A stretch of DNA of 62,220 nt, filler included, from an uncultured bacterium (GCA_964429075.1; 9 parts of 9 records of this genome joined end to end with filler, not necessarily neighbours in it); one strand, 5' to 3'; shown: positions 25,593 through 35,229, numbered from the whole stretch's first letter. Translations and numbers: made by a program. Notes: generated by a model from the sequence alone, not told the origin.

Positions 25593-28056
25593 CCACAAAA
25601 AACTTTATAAATCGACTGTAACTCAATTTTAGTCCAGCAGAATAGCTGACAAGAGGATGGGCTGTACTCTTTACACGTCCTCTTATCCAGTGAACCTCAA
25701 CAAAGATCTCTGCCCACAGGTCCTTTTTTATCTTTGTGGAAAAGTTAAAACCAGCATTTGCCTTGAGGCCGAGATCTGATTCTGTATCACTCTCTGGATG
25801 CGGAAATAAATAAAGGATTGTGGAATATAGCTTAACTGTATTTTTTCCAAACTTTTTTCTATGCAAGATGTTTGCGGTAAAACCAAAATCTGTTTTTTTT
25901 GACGCATTGGACAGATCTTTATAGAGTACAAATGCCAGCTTATACTTAGAGTATCCGTCCAGAAGGTCAAAGATGACACCGTTGTCCAGGTGAAGTCTCT
26001 TTTCTTTCTCAAGTCCGACCTGAGGAGTAAATTCTGTATCAAGGATAATATCTGTATAGGGAGTCAATCTAAAAAAAGAAAAGGATATGGCCTCTGCGTA
26101 ATTGTGAATGAACTCCGCTGTATAGATAAGATCATCCTGGGTCTCCTGTACTTCGTCTGTTAAGATAGTTTTGCCAAAATCTGCATCAAGTCTTAAAGAG
26201 AGGTCAAAAATGCTATTAGCAAAGCCTGCTAAAATTGTCCCAACAAATCTGTATGCAAGGCTGTTTTCTGTGGTCGCCCAAACATCACCTATCTTTTTGT
26301 AGGCATCGTTGTTCAAAAGGTTTTTATAACTGTCAAAGGTTAAACCTATATCATCTAGATTGAGGTAAAATCTTGACCGCGGTAAAAAACCAAAATCTCT
26401 GTTGATAATCCTTAAAATGTAACTTTTCTTTTTAGAAGACAGAAAATCCAGCACAAGACTCTTCAGGCTCACTCTTTCTCCACTCTTATCTTTTTTCAAC
26501 TCTCCATTTTTGATGCTGAACATCTCCCATCTATCTGCAATCTTTGAAAGGTAAGATGAACCCTCAATCTCTTTTGCCAGATCCATTGTTGTTGCAAGCT
26601 GATAAAATTGTTTTTTATCAATACGCATTCCATCTATTCGGTTTGTCTTTTTGTGATAACCCTGCACAAAATCTTTTTTGTGTTTTTTTAAAAAATTAAA
26701 AAGAGCATCACCCCTGATTCGGTAAATAACAATATCACCAAGATCTGAAAGATTTGATGCAAAGAAAAGACCACTGTAGGGCGGACTCATCTCCATTGAA
26801 AGGTCAAAAGAGGGTATAAGTGCCACATCAGAAGAGCTTGCAACGAGAAGTATCCTTGCTGCCACATTGCCAGGATGGACTCTCTTTTTAATGGGTAGGT
26901 CCTGCATGGATGATAATATTCTATAGGCCTTGATACGTATTTTAAATACCCTGTCTCTTAAATCCTTATCAACAGGGCTATCCGGCCTGATTGAAAATGC
27001 ATCAATCTTGACTGATAATAGTCCATCCTTTTCGGTTATACCAAAAAGGTATACCATGCCGTAGTGCAGAACTACATCGAGTGGTGTATCTGTTGTAAGA
27101 ACAGCATCCTGTCGCAGATCTTTCTCTGATAGATATGGCAATCTCGATGATACAAGATGAATAATATACCTCTGGATACATGAATCATCGGGATCTTTGC
27201 AGAATATAAAATTAAGTTCTGGTCTTTTGTTATCTTTTTTAATGAACATATATACACCATCTGCCAATTCTTTTTTTTGTGATTTTAATAAGACAAGATT
27301 TGGCGACTCGTCTACAAAGGTTTGATCAATCCTCTCATTCTTCCCCGGAAACATGAAGACCTTTGTGCCAAGGGAATTTAACAAATTGATATCATTTTTT
27401 CTCTGCAAAGATAATCTTTTTTCTTTGTAAAAGCTTTTACCATCAATATTGTTGCCAAGTGTCAACACGAACCTGGGATCATATCTTTTGACAAGCTCCT
27501 TTAAACGATAAGCCACCCTTGATCCTTCACTCCATGGCAATGATATGCTGTAACACAAGAATGAATCCTCAGATTTATATACCTCTGTGATCTGTACATA
27601 TAGAAGTTCTGAAAAATCCCCCGGATTAGGTTGAATATGCTGACGATCGGGTCTAAAAAGATAGATCCCATCTTCTGATTCAAGATATTCTGTTTGTATC
27701 TGGTCGTTTAAAATCTTCTTTGTGCAAAATCTTTCAAAAAAATGATCCTTTGAAAAAAAGGCACTTTTCGTTTTTTTCTTAATTGTATCTTTTTCGTGGT
27801 ATCGTTCTAAATCTTTCATAACAAAATATGAATTTCCATTATAAATGACAAATGGGCCAAGCCGCTTTATATTAAAACTGTAATTATTCTTCTTTAAAAA
27901 GGATAGAAGATCTTCATCTCTCTTTTTGAAAAAGACACCAGATGCCCTCATGCCTTCGGGAAGGACAACAAAATTTAACCTCTCATTAGCATTGGTCTCA
28001 AAAACAAACTGAAATAGGATGAAGAAAACTATTATTAGAATAAGCCCTTTTCTCAT
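25585..28056 (-). CDS. secreted protein: degenerate 5'-nucleotidase-like region fused to a C-terminal outer-membrane beta-barrel-like region
   Basis: Signal peptide MRKGLILIIVFF; TLGNNIDG and PGKNE remnants; IDGMRIDKKQFYQLATTMDLA like the 5'-NT C-domain; amphipathic strands in the last ~270 aa. Confidence 0.55.
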   Translation of the reverse strand: MRKGLILIIVFFILFQFVFETNANERLNFVVLPEGMRASGVFFKKRDEDLLSFLKKNNYSFNIKRLGPFVIYNGNSYFVMKDLERYHEKDTIKKKTKSAFFSKDHFFERFCTKKILNDQIQTEYLESEDGIYLFRPDRQHIQPNPGDFSELLYVQITEVYKSEDSFLCYSISLPWSEGSRVAYRLKELVKRYDPRFVLTLGNNIDGKSFYKEKRLSLQRKNDINLLNSLGTKVFMFPGKNERIDQTFVDESPNLVLLKSQKKELADGVYMFIKKDNKRPELNFIFCKDPDDSCIQRYIIHLVSSRLPYLSEKDLRQDAVLTTDTPLDVVLHYGMVYLFGITEKDGLLSVKIDAFSIRPDSPVDKDLRDRVFKIRIKAYRILSSMQDLPIKKRVHPGNVAARILLVASSSDVALIPSFDLSMEMSPPYSGLFFASNLSDLGDIVIYRIRGDALFNFLKKHKKDFVQGYHKKTNRIDGMRIDKKQFYQLATTMDLAKEIEGSSYLSKIADRWEMFSIKNGELKKDKSGERVSLKSLVLDFLSSKKKSYILRIINRDFGFLPRSRFYLNLDDIGLTFDSYKNLLNNDAYKKIGDVWATTENSLAYRFVGTILAGFANSIFDLSLRLDADFGKTILTDEVQETQDDLIYTAEFIHNYAEAISFSFFRLTPYTDIILDTEFTPQVGLEKEKRLHLDNGVIFDLLDGYSKYKLAFVLYKDLSNASKKTDFGFTANILHRKKFGKNTVKLYSTILYLFPHPESDTESDLGLKANAGFNFSTKIKKDLWAEIFVEVHWIRGRVKSTAHPLVSYSAGLKLSYSRFIKFFVDE

Positions 28057-28289
28057 TTGGGATAATTTATTATAAAAATCCACATAGCGCAAGGATAGAG
28101 ATGTTAGAGATAAGACATCACTGTTGGGCAGGAAAAAGAACGGATATCAGAATAGATATAAGACATGAAGGATACTGCTTTTATCCAGGATTAGTACCTG
28201 TGTAAAATGTTGTGTAAAGTCAAAATTTAAAGATTGATGAGAGTGCAAATAACTTCAGCAGTGGTTTTCAACCACCTGTTGCTTATAGG

Positions 28290-28389
28290 NNNNNNNNNNN
28301 NNNNNNNNNNNNNNNNNNNNNNNNNNNNNNNNNTTAATTAATTAANNNNNNNNNNNNNNNNNNNNNNNNNNNNNNNNNNNNNNNNNNNN
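28290..28389. other. artificial contig linker
   Basis: N44-TTAATTAATTAA-N44. Confidence 0.98.
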
Positions 28390-28416
28390 AGCTAACCTTT
28401 TTTCGCATTATGATGA

Positions 28417-28455
28417 TGTTACATATTGTAGACATAGTGTTACTGTAAATAGACA
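28417..28455. promoter_or_regulatory. two tandem TGT-N12-ACA boxes, candidate enhancer (UAS)
   Basis: TGTTACATATTGTAGACA (28417-28434) and TGTTACTGTAAATAGACA (28438-28455), both TGTTAC-N6-TAGACA, starts 21 bp apart. Confidence 0.6.
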
Positions 28456-28526
28456 AAAGGCATTGTTTTATTTTGTTACACATATATATTTCATTTGAAA
28501 CTAAACCTTTTTTTGATTTATATGTC

Positions 28527-28542
28527 TGGCATAAAGTTTGTT
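28527..28542 (+). promoter_or_regulatory. putative sigma54 (-24/-12) promoter
   Basis: TGGCATAAAGTTTGTT = GG-N10-GT (GT instead of GC at -12), about 33 nt upstream of ATG 28575. Confidence 0.6.
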
Positions 28543-28574
28543 TTAAGGAAACAAAAATTGCCGGAGGTGTATGT

Positions 28575-31238
28575 ATGAAGAAGAAAGGAATTACCCGCAG
28601 AGATTTTCTTAAGATAAGCGGTATTCTTGCATCAGCATCGTTTGTCAACATTAACTTTTTATCGAGGGTGGTGCGGGCCCAACAATCCTATTCTACTGGA
28701 GTTGTAGAGTATCACAACAGTACCTGTAAGATGTGTGTGAATTTCTGTGGAATCAGGGTAAAGACAGAAGATGGTATTCTCAGAGCAATCTATCCAAACA
28801 AAGACAAAAAAGACTACTACAACTGGGGAAATTGTACAAAAGGAATTTCTGGTATCTGGTCAACCTACAACCCCTACCGTTTAAAAAAGCCACTCAAACG
28901 CACCAATCCCAAAAAGGGTATTGATGAAGATCCTGGATGGGTAGAGATAGATTGGGAGGATGCACTCAACGAGGTGGCGAGTAAGATGGCAAGTATAATA
29001 GCAGACGATCCAAGGAAGATTATATGGTATCACGGACATGGGAAATACGTTATTAACGATGGGTGGATGAAGGCCTTTACAGCTGCTATCGGTACTCCAA
29101 GCATGGTTCACCGTACCACCGTTTGTGAAGGTGCAAAGCATGTTGCAGATGAGATTACATGGGGTGGTCATGAACCGTTACCTGATCTTCAGTATACCAA
29201 TTATCTGATAAACATGGGTGGTAATTATGCAGAGGCTGATCAGTGGGCACGCTGGCTCGATCATGCAACTATGGATGCAAAAGAGCGCGGGATGAAACTG
29301 GTAGTTGTAGAGCCAAGGGTAAGTAATCTTGGTGCCCATGCAGATGAGTGGGTACCGATCAGACCTGGCAAAGATGTACTATTTTTGCTTGCTATGGCAA
29401 GGGTGCTTATTGATGAAGGATTTGTTGATGAAGAGTTTCTTGTTAACTATACCAATGCGCCATATCTTATAAGAGAGTCTGATGGAAAGGTTGCAACAGA
29501 TCAAGATGGGAATCCTCTTGTCTATGATAAGGCGCAGTCAAAGATAGTGCCCTATGATGATGCTACAGATATTGCACTTGGTGGTGCCTATGAGGACAAC
29601 GATTATGGTAATGGCACAGTCAAGACAGCCTTTCAGAAGTTTAAAGACTACCTTGTAACAGAAAATATTACTCCGCAGAGTGTATCTGTAGACTGTGGTG
29701 TCCCGGCTGAACAGATAGAAAGGATCGCAAAGGAATTTGGTGAGGCTGCACAGATAGGTGCAACAATAACAATAGAGGGCCAGACCCTTAGATATCGTCC
29801 TGTATCTATATATACCTTCAGAGGACTCGCTGCAAAGCAATTCGGTGCTCAGAACTGTAGATCCTATCTGATTGTACTTATGCTGGTTGGTGCAATTGAT
29901 GCTGTAGGTGGTTTTAGGTTGCACCATCCAGGTAATGTTGATAAATATATGCAGCCCTCATCCTGCGAATATCCACCATCAAGGATTGACCTTAAAAAGA
30001 GTGCCTTTTTCCCGCATGGCACGCATGATGTTGCACAACAGGCACTCTTTTCAGTATTGAATCCAAGTCAATACGGTATAGACTATGAACCAGAGATGCA
30101 GATATTCTTTGCGACCAATAGACCTTTCTCTACATCGAATGCAGAGCTTCAGTTTGAGGCACTAAAAAAGACATACAATGTGGCAATTGAAATTTCAATG
30201 AATGAAACTGTATGGTTTGCAGATATTGTATTTCCTGATAAGACCTATCTCGAGGCATACGGCTACTATGGTGGGCGTTGGACACCTGTAAGCACCCATC
30301 ATACACTGCATTATCCAATAGTAAATACCTATAATCTGCCTTATCAAAATCTTGAGATAATGTTTGAGCTTGCAAAGAGGGCAGGTTTTCTTACAGGCTC
30401 AGGTGGTTTCCTCGACCAGATAAACAACAAATTTGGATTTTCTGATCCAAAATTTGATATAAATAAAGAGGACTATACTGCAAAGGATGCCTTCGATATC
30501 CTCTGGCAAAACAAGACAGGGCAGACCCTTGATGAGGGAATGAAGGAGGGATTTGGTGGAGCAAAGTTTACCACAATCGAAGAGAGATATATCGAGGGTG
30601 CAGAGAGTCATTTCAAAGGGCCGGGTAAACCAAAAATCCACTTTTACTGTGATGAACTTGTGGGAACTCAAGAAAATCTTTATAACCTCATGAATACAAA
30701 TACAGAGGCAGCACAGAACATTAAAAAGGCATATTCAACCTGGTATGAGGTGGACGAATCACAGGTAGAAGATTTAATCAGGTTGTATCTCTCACCATTT
30801 CCAAGAAAAGAACATGCATTCCCTGTGTCACATCAGAATGCAAAAGACTATCCATTTTACCTGATCACTTTTAAGAGAATCTATAGGACACAGAGTGGAT
30901 TCTGTAACTACAATCCAATGCTCTATCAGGTTGCACACGATTCAGACACAAATCGTGTCTGGATAAACCCAAAGACTGCAGAGCAGCTTGGTATTAAAGA
31001 TGGAGATACAGTTGTCATTGAGTCAAGGATAGGCAAGGTTGAAGGAGTGGCAAAACTGACACATTGTGTCCGTCTTGATACTGTTGCTGTTGCCTATCAC
31101 TATGGTCATTGGAGCGGTGGCTATCCATCCTGGGCACAGAAGGGTACTTGGATTAACAAGGTCCTGGAATACCACCCTGATATGCTTTCTGGTATGAACA
31201 ACTTTAATGATACAAAGGTTAAAATTTACAAGAAATAA
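28575..31238 (+). CDS. TAT-exported molybdopterin (bis-PGD) oxidoreductase catalytic subunit, DMSO reductase family
   Basis: TAT motif TRRDFLK, RBS GGAGG; FS0 motif CKMCVNFC...CTKG; PLKRTNPKKGIDEDPGWVEIDWEDAL; ADEWVPIRPGKD; ADIVFPDKTYLE; C-terminal WINPKTAEQLGIKDGD. Confidence 0.93.
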   Translation: MKKKGITRRDFLKISGILASASFVNINFLSRVVRAQQSYSTGVVEYHNSTCKMCVNFCGIRVKTEDGILRAIYPNKDKKDYYNWGNCTKGISGIWSTYNPYRLKKPLKRTNPKKGIDEDPGWVEIDWEDALNEVASKMASIIADDPRKIIWYHGHGKYVINDGWMKAFTAAIGTPSMVHRTTVCEGAKHVADEITWGGHEPLPDLQYTNYLINMGGNYAEADQWARWLDHATMDAKERGMKLVVVEPRVSNLGAHADEWVPIRPGKDVLFLLAMARVLIDEGFVDEEFLVNYTNAPYLIRESDGKVATDQDGNPLVYDKAQSKIVPYDDATDIALGGAYEDNDYGNGTVKTAFQKFKDYLVTENITPQSVSVDCGVPAEQIERIAKEFGEAAQIGATITIEGQTLRYRPVSIYTFRGLAAKQFGAQNCRSYLIVLMLVGAIDAVGGFRLHHPGNVDKYMQPSSCEYPPSRIDLKKSAFFPHGTHDVAQQALFSVLNPSQYGIDYEPEMQIFFATNRPFSTSNAELQFEALKKTYNVAIEISMNETVWFADIVFPDKTYLEAYGYYGGRWTPVSTHHTLHYPIVNTYNLPYQNLEIMFELAKRAGFLTGSGGFLDQINNKFGFSDPKFDINKEDYTAKDAFDILWQNKTGQTLDEGMKEGFGGAKFTTIEERYIEGAESHFKGPGKPKIHFYCDELVGTQENLYNLMNTNTEAAQNIKKAYSTWYEVDESQVEDLIRLYLSPFPRKEHAFPVSHQNAKDYPFYLITFKRIYRTQSGFCNYNPMLYQVAHDSDTNRVWINPKTAEQLGIKDGDTVVIESRIGKVEGVAKLTHCVRLDTVAVAYHYGHWSGGYPSWAQKGTWINKVLEYHPDMLSGMNNFNDTKVKIYKK

Positions 31239-31253
31239 TCAGGAGGTAAATAA

Positions 31254-31931
31254 ATGAAACTGGTAAGATTGATTGATACTACAAGGTGTATAGGCTGCAG
31301 GGCCTGTGTAGCAGCCTGTATGAATGAAAATTTTTATGTTGAAGGGAATCCCTGGAACTTTCTAAATGAGATTGAAGAGGGTGAATTCCCTGATGTAAAA
31401 AAGACCTTTGTACCCTTAAACTGCATGCATTGCGAGGAGCCGGCATGTAAAAAGGTCTGTGACGAGATTGGGGTTTATGCAATTACCAAGAACGAGCAGG
31501 GTGTTGTACTCATCGATTATGACAAATGTATAGGTTGCAGATACTGTGAAACTACATGCCCCTACAGTGTCCCACAATTTATAGACGAAGTGAAAGGACT
31601 TTTTGATAGTAAGACACCTTATGACGAGATACCAGATGATAAGAGGCATCCTGTTCATAGAAAGAGAGCTGGAGTTGTAGAAAAGTGTACATTCTGCTGG
31701 CATAGGATTGAGAAGGCGATAGAAGATGGAAAGCCAGAGTTAATCGGGGTTGAATTTGAGTATACACCTGCCTGTGACCTGGTATGTCCTGTAGGTGCAA
31801 GGGTGTTTGGTGACCTTGATGATCCTAACAGTGAGGTATCCAAAAAGATATCTGAGAAAAATGCAAAACCAATTAAAGAAGAGTTTGGTACAAAACCACA
31901 GGTCTATTATGTATTCGAAGGAGGAGAATAA
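31254..31931 (+). CDS. 4x[4Fe-4S] electron-transfer subunit (DmsB/NrfC/ArrB type)
   Basis: CIGCRACVAAC, CMHCEEPACKKVC, CIGCRYCETTCP, KCTFC...PACDLVCPVGARVFGDLDD. Confidence 0.93.
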   Translation: MKLVRLIDTTRCIGCRACVAACMNENFYVEGNPWNFLNEIEEGEFPDVKKTFVPLNCMHCEEPACKKVCDEIGVYAITKNEQGVVLIDYDKCIGCRYCETTCPYSVPQFIDEVKGLFDSKTPYDEIPDDKRHPVHRKRAGVVEKCTFCWHRIEKAIEDGKPELIGVEFEYTPACDLVCPVGARVFGDLDDPNSEVSKKISEKNAKPIKEEFGTKPQVYYVFEGGE

Positions 31932-31932
31932 G

Positions 31933-32244
31933 ATGAGATCTTTAAGGCTGGTAATAGCACTATTGATTGCTGTGACCTTTTCGTTTTATGCAGGTTGCGG
32001 CAAAGAAAAAGAGGCAGGTCCTTCACTTGAGACATACCACAAGATTCATAAAGAGGTAGGTTTAGATTGTACCTCTTGCCACAAAAAAGGGAAATATCCT
32101 GCACGGGATTTTATGCTAACAAGATATAAATTAGAAAAATCTGCAGAACTTGGAGTGATACCTGGTATCATAGATAAATATGTGTGTCTCGGGTGTCACA
32201 AAAAAGATAGTATAGGACCAGAGTGGTATGGAGATAGAAAATAA
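31933..32244 (+). CDS. small diheme c-type cytochrome lipoprotein
   Basis: ATG 31933 after GGAGGAG; lipoprotein signal ending YAGC; CTSCH and CLGCH. Confidence 0.8.
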   Translation: MRSLRLVIALLIAVTFSFYAGCGKEKEAGPSLETYHKIHKEVGLDCTSCHKKGKYPARDFMLTRYKLEKSAELGVIPGIIDKYVCLGCHKKDSIGPEWYGDRK

Positions 32245-32971
32245 GATGAGACACCAAGATACAACAAAAGACTCCTTTAAAGAGATGCTTGAACTTTGCG
32301 AAAACAGAAGTTCAATATACTGGTTTCTCTCAGAATTTTACAACAAAAAACCGACACAAGAGTTTATAGTAAAGATCAAAAAGAGTCTTGATAAACTGGC
32401 TGATGTTGAAGATGAGATAGAGGAATTAAAAGAGCTTCGTATAATAAAAGATTATGTAGATAAAATAAATGATGATTCATTGCTGGATCTTCAGGTGGCT
32501 TTCACAAGGCTATTTCGAGGAATAAAAAAGGGATACGGTCCACCTCCACCCTATGAATCGGTATATAGAGGCGAGAATCAGGTATATGGTATATTTACTG
32601 AGAAGGTAATGAAGTTTTATGGATCCTGTGGCTTTGGAGTCATCGACAATGAGGTAGGGCCGCAGGATCATATAACAGCAGAATTGAAGTTTTTATCAAT
32701 GCTGTGTTTTAAAGAGAAAGAGGCCTGGGAAGAATCCAAATACGATCTTTTAAAGTTCTGGTTAAAGAAGGAGAAGGATTTTATTGATCAGCACTTAGGG
32801 AGGTGGTTGTCTGATTTTTCAAATGCTGTTGTTTCATATGAGCATCCATTTTATTCAGCAGTAGTAAGACTTACAGAAGGATGGGTGAGTATGGACAGGG
32901 AATTTTTATCAGAGCTGGAAGATAATTTATTTACTGATGACAAAGAAAATGGCCCGGAGGAGAAACTATGA
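32228..32971 (+). CDS. TorD/DmsD family redox-enzyme maturation chaperone
   Basis: FTRLF, PPPYESVY, PQDHITAELKFLS, FIDQHLGRW. Confidence 0.9.
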   Translation: MEIENKMRHQDTTKDSFKEMLELCENRSSIYWFLSEFYNKKPTQEFIVKIKKSLDKLADVEDEIEELKELRIIKDYVDKINDDSLLDLQVAFTRLFRGIKKGYGPPPPYESVYRGENQVYGIFTEKVMKFYGSCGFGVIDNEVGPQDHITAELKFLSMLCFKEKEAWEESKYDLLKFWLKKEKDFIDQHLGRWLSDFSNAVVSYEHPFYSAVVRLTEGWVSMDREFLSELEDNLFTDDKENGPEEKL

Positions 32972-34227
32972 TGAAGAAACAATATCTTTTCTGTGTATTA
33001 ATCTTTATTTGTAGCTTAATGTTAGAGGGGATGGCTTTTGCAACCGATATTGACATTGGTTCTACAACTCTGTGGATGGCATACCAACAGGAGCGATATG
33101 GCACTAATGCAAATCTTTCCCCGATATATGAGTATTTTAATGTAAACAATGCAAAGCTCTTTGTTGACGGTCTGACTCTCAATCTTTCGTTATGGGGAAA
33201 TTTTCAGACCTATGACTGGTGGGAAGATGAACGAGCTGATGGACAGATAATGTACGGATATCTTAAGTATATAAATCCCGATATTGGATTAAAGCTAAAG
33301 GCAGGCAGGATTTTTGTAAATGCAGGAGCAGCAGCAATGATGGAGCAACTCGATGGGGTATATGCTTCCTATAGGGTAAAAAATGGTCCAAAGCTGGAAT
33401 TCTATGGTGGAGCTCAGATTAATGATAGAGACGGCTCAAGAAAGGGCGACTGGATGGCTGGCACAAGGATATCAAAGCCTTTTGGGTCAAATAAAGAGAT
33501 CGGACTTTCATACCTCTTTCAGAAAGAGAGCGAAAGGGTTAATTACAACAGGGTTGGACTTGATGGCTGGTACTATATAAGTGATGAATACAATCTAAAT
33601 GGATATCTCGCCTACGACCTTACATTAAATACTCTTGCTGATACAAGTATTAATTTTACTTATTTTCCATCTATTAACAATCTTAAATCAATAGATGTAG
33701 ACCTTGGATACAGAAGTACTTCTGCATTCTTGGGAAGTCAGTCATTACTATCTGTATTTGCCCTTGGAAATTATATAAATCCAAGGATTTATGCACTGTT
33801 TGATTTTCATAAATGGTCTATTATGCCCTCATACGAGGCAATGATCTATCTTGAAGAAGAGGGTATAGGGAACAGGTTGTCACTTAAGGTGTCAAGATTC
33901 TTTAAAGATGGAAAGTATTTAGCAATATTTAAAGTATCAAGATTGATGCAGACAGCAGAGACAAATTATACAGAACTTCGCTCGGCTTTACACGCAAATA
34001 TTGTTGATGGATTGGAATCTGATGTTGATATAATCTGGGATATTCGAGATGAGGGCAGTGAAGAGAAAGAGGCAGAAGAGGAGAAAGACCATGGTTTTGA
34101 AGCAGCGCTTTCTGGCAGGTATATAGTTAATGATAATTTTAATCTGAGCCTTGGAGTTAGTTTAACAGATGGATTTGAAAATGACTGGCAGTTTAAAGGT
34201 TTTGGTAAACTTGAAATAGTTTTTTAG
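32968..34227 (+). CDS. putative outer-membrane beta-barrel (porin of a porin-cytochrome complex)
   Basis: Sec signal peptide (AFA), alternating aromatic/hydrophobic strands, LKAGRIFV and QLDGVYASY motifs, C-terminal GKLEIVF. Confidence 0.75.
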   Translation: MMKKQYLFCVLIFICSLMLEGMAFATDIDIGSTTLWMAYQQERYGTNANLSPIYEYFNVNNAKLFVDGLTLNLSLWGNFQTYDWWEDERADGQIMYGYLKYINPDIGLKLKAGRIFVNAGAAAMMEQLDGVYASYRVKNGPKLEFYGGAQINDRDGSRKGDWMAGTRISKPFGSNKEIGLSYLFQKESERVNYNRVGLDGWYYISDEYNLNGYLAYDLTLNTLADTSINFTYFPSINNLKSIDVDLGYRSTSAFLGSQSLLSVFALGNYINPRIYALFDFHKWSIMPSYEAMIYLEEEGIGNRLSLKVSRFFKDGKYLAIFKVSRLMQTAETNYTELRSALHANIVDGLESDVDIIWDIRDEGSEEKEAEEEKDHGFEAALSGRYIVNDNFNLSLGVSLTDGFENDWQFKGFGKLEIVF

Positions 34228-34241
34228 TATGGAGTCTGATA

Positions 34242-34919
34242 ATGAAGAGATATTTAATAACCATTAGCTGTACAATTGTTTCTTGTTTTCTTTTGACAAA
34301 TATAGGTCTTGCAAAGAGTGATGTTAAAGAACTCTTTAGTCAGCACAAAGAAAATATAAGAAAAGGAAATACCTGTTTATCATGTCATGATAAAGAGGAG
34401 ATTAAAAATCTAATACATACATCACAGTGGATAGAGGTCCATAAGAATAGCGCAATTGGTAATGAAGATACATGTAAAAAGTGTCATACTCAGGAATACT
34501 GTACAAATTGTCATTCCTATAAACAGGCAGTTAAACCTTCAGATAAGGCCTTTGATGATGTAAAACCCTCTTTTCAACATAGAGGAGATTGGCTTGGGAG
34601 GCATTCATTAGAGGCAGAAGCAGACAGTGCCAGGTGTTATAGATGTCATACTCAGGAGTATTGTGCATCCTGCCATCCAAAAGTAGATGCACCTCATCCA
34701 ATAGGAGAGGATTGGGTCTATAATCAACATGGAGAGAAGGCAAGACGAAACATTGGTACGTGTGCATCCTGTCATGAAGATGGAGCTAAATCAAACTGTA
34801 TAACCTGCCATGCCCCGGGAGGAAAGGGTGGAAATCCCCATCCTGCTGGATGGTCAGGTGGAAGACTCGGACTTGATAGAAGTAAAGATAAGCCCTGTTC
34901 GTATTGCCATAAAGACTGA
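34242..34919 (+). CDS. periplasmic octaheme c-type cytochrome
   Basis: Signal peptide; 8 CxxCH (CLSCH, CKKCH, CTNCH, CYRCH, CASCH, CASCH, CITCH, CSYCH); repeated H..W...H..A....CxxCH units. Confidence 0.9.
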   Translation: MKRYLITISCTIVSCFLLTNIGLAKSDVKELFSQHKENIRKGNTCLSCHDKEEIKNLIHTSQWIEVHKNSAIGNEDTCKKCHTQEYCTNCHSYKQAVKPSDKAFDDVKPSFQHRGDWLGRHSLEAEADSARCYRCHTQEYCASCHPKVDAPHPIGEDWVYNQHGEKARRNIGTCASCHEDGAKSNCITCHAPGGKGGNPHPAGWSGGRLGLDRSKDKPCSYCHKD

Positions 34920-35129
34920 AATATTTGCTAAAACATATTGAATGAATTTAGCTGTCATGTAATATTAAAAAGTATCTGTGATATCTGGAGATTTATTATA
35001 AATCCTTTTAGTATGGTAAATAATCTCGAGTATGTGTATGTTTTTGTTGAATACAAATAGCTAATGATGAGAATGTGAATACATATCTATAACAATATAG
35101 TTTATGTTTTCACTAATCCTGATTCATAT

Positions 35130-35229
35130 NNNNNNNNNNNNNNNNNNNNNNNNNNNNNNNNNNNNNNNNNNNNTTAATTAATTAANNNNNNNNNNNNNNN
35201 NNNNNNNNNNNNNNNNNNNNNNNNNNNNN
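35130..35229. other. artificial contig linker
   Basis: N44-TTAATTAATTAA-N44. Confidence 0.98.

Noticed and set aside
28101-28281. 34-aa plus-strand ORF (MLEIRHHCW...) and GTGGTT-TTC-AACCAC hairpin
   Set aside because: Too short, no recognisable family, and the hairpin has no U-tract or known RNA motif; cannot be supported.
28473-28574. N-terminal extension of the Mo enzyme given in the ORF track
   Set aside because: The RBS (GGAGG) and TAT motif place the start at 28575; the extension covers the promoter.
28575-31238. Naming the Mo enzyme arrA/psrA, or invoking selenocysteine
   Set aside because: Diagnostic motifs differ from those enzymes and the ORF has no in-frame TGA.
31795-31932. Longer start for the diheme cytochrome
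   Set aside because: It overlaps the FeS gene; RBS and lipoprotein signal indicate ATG 31933.
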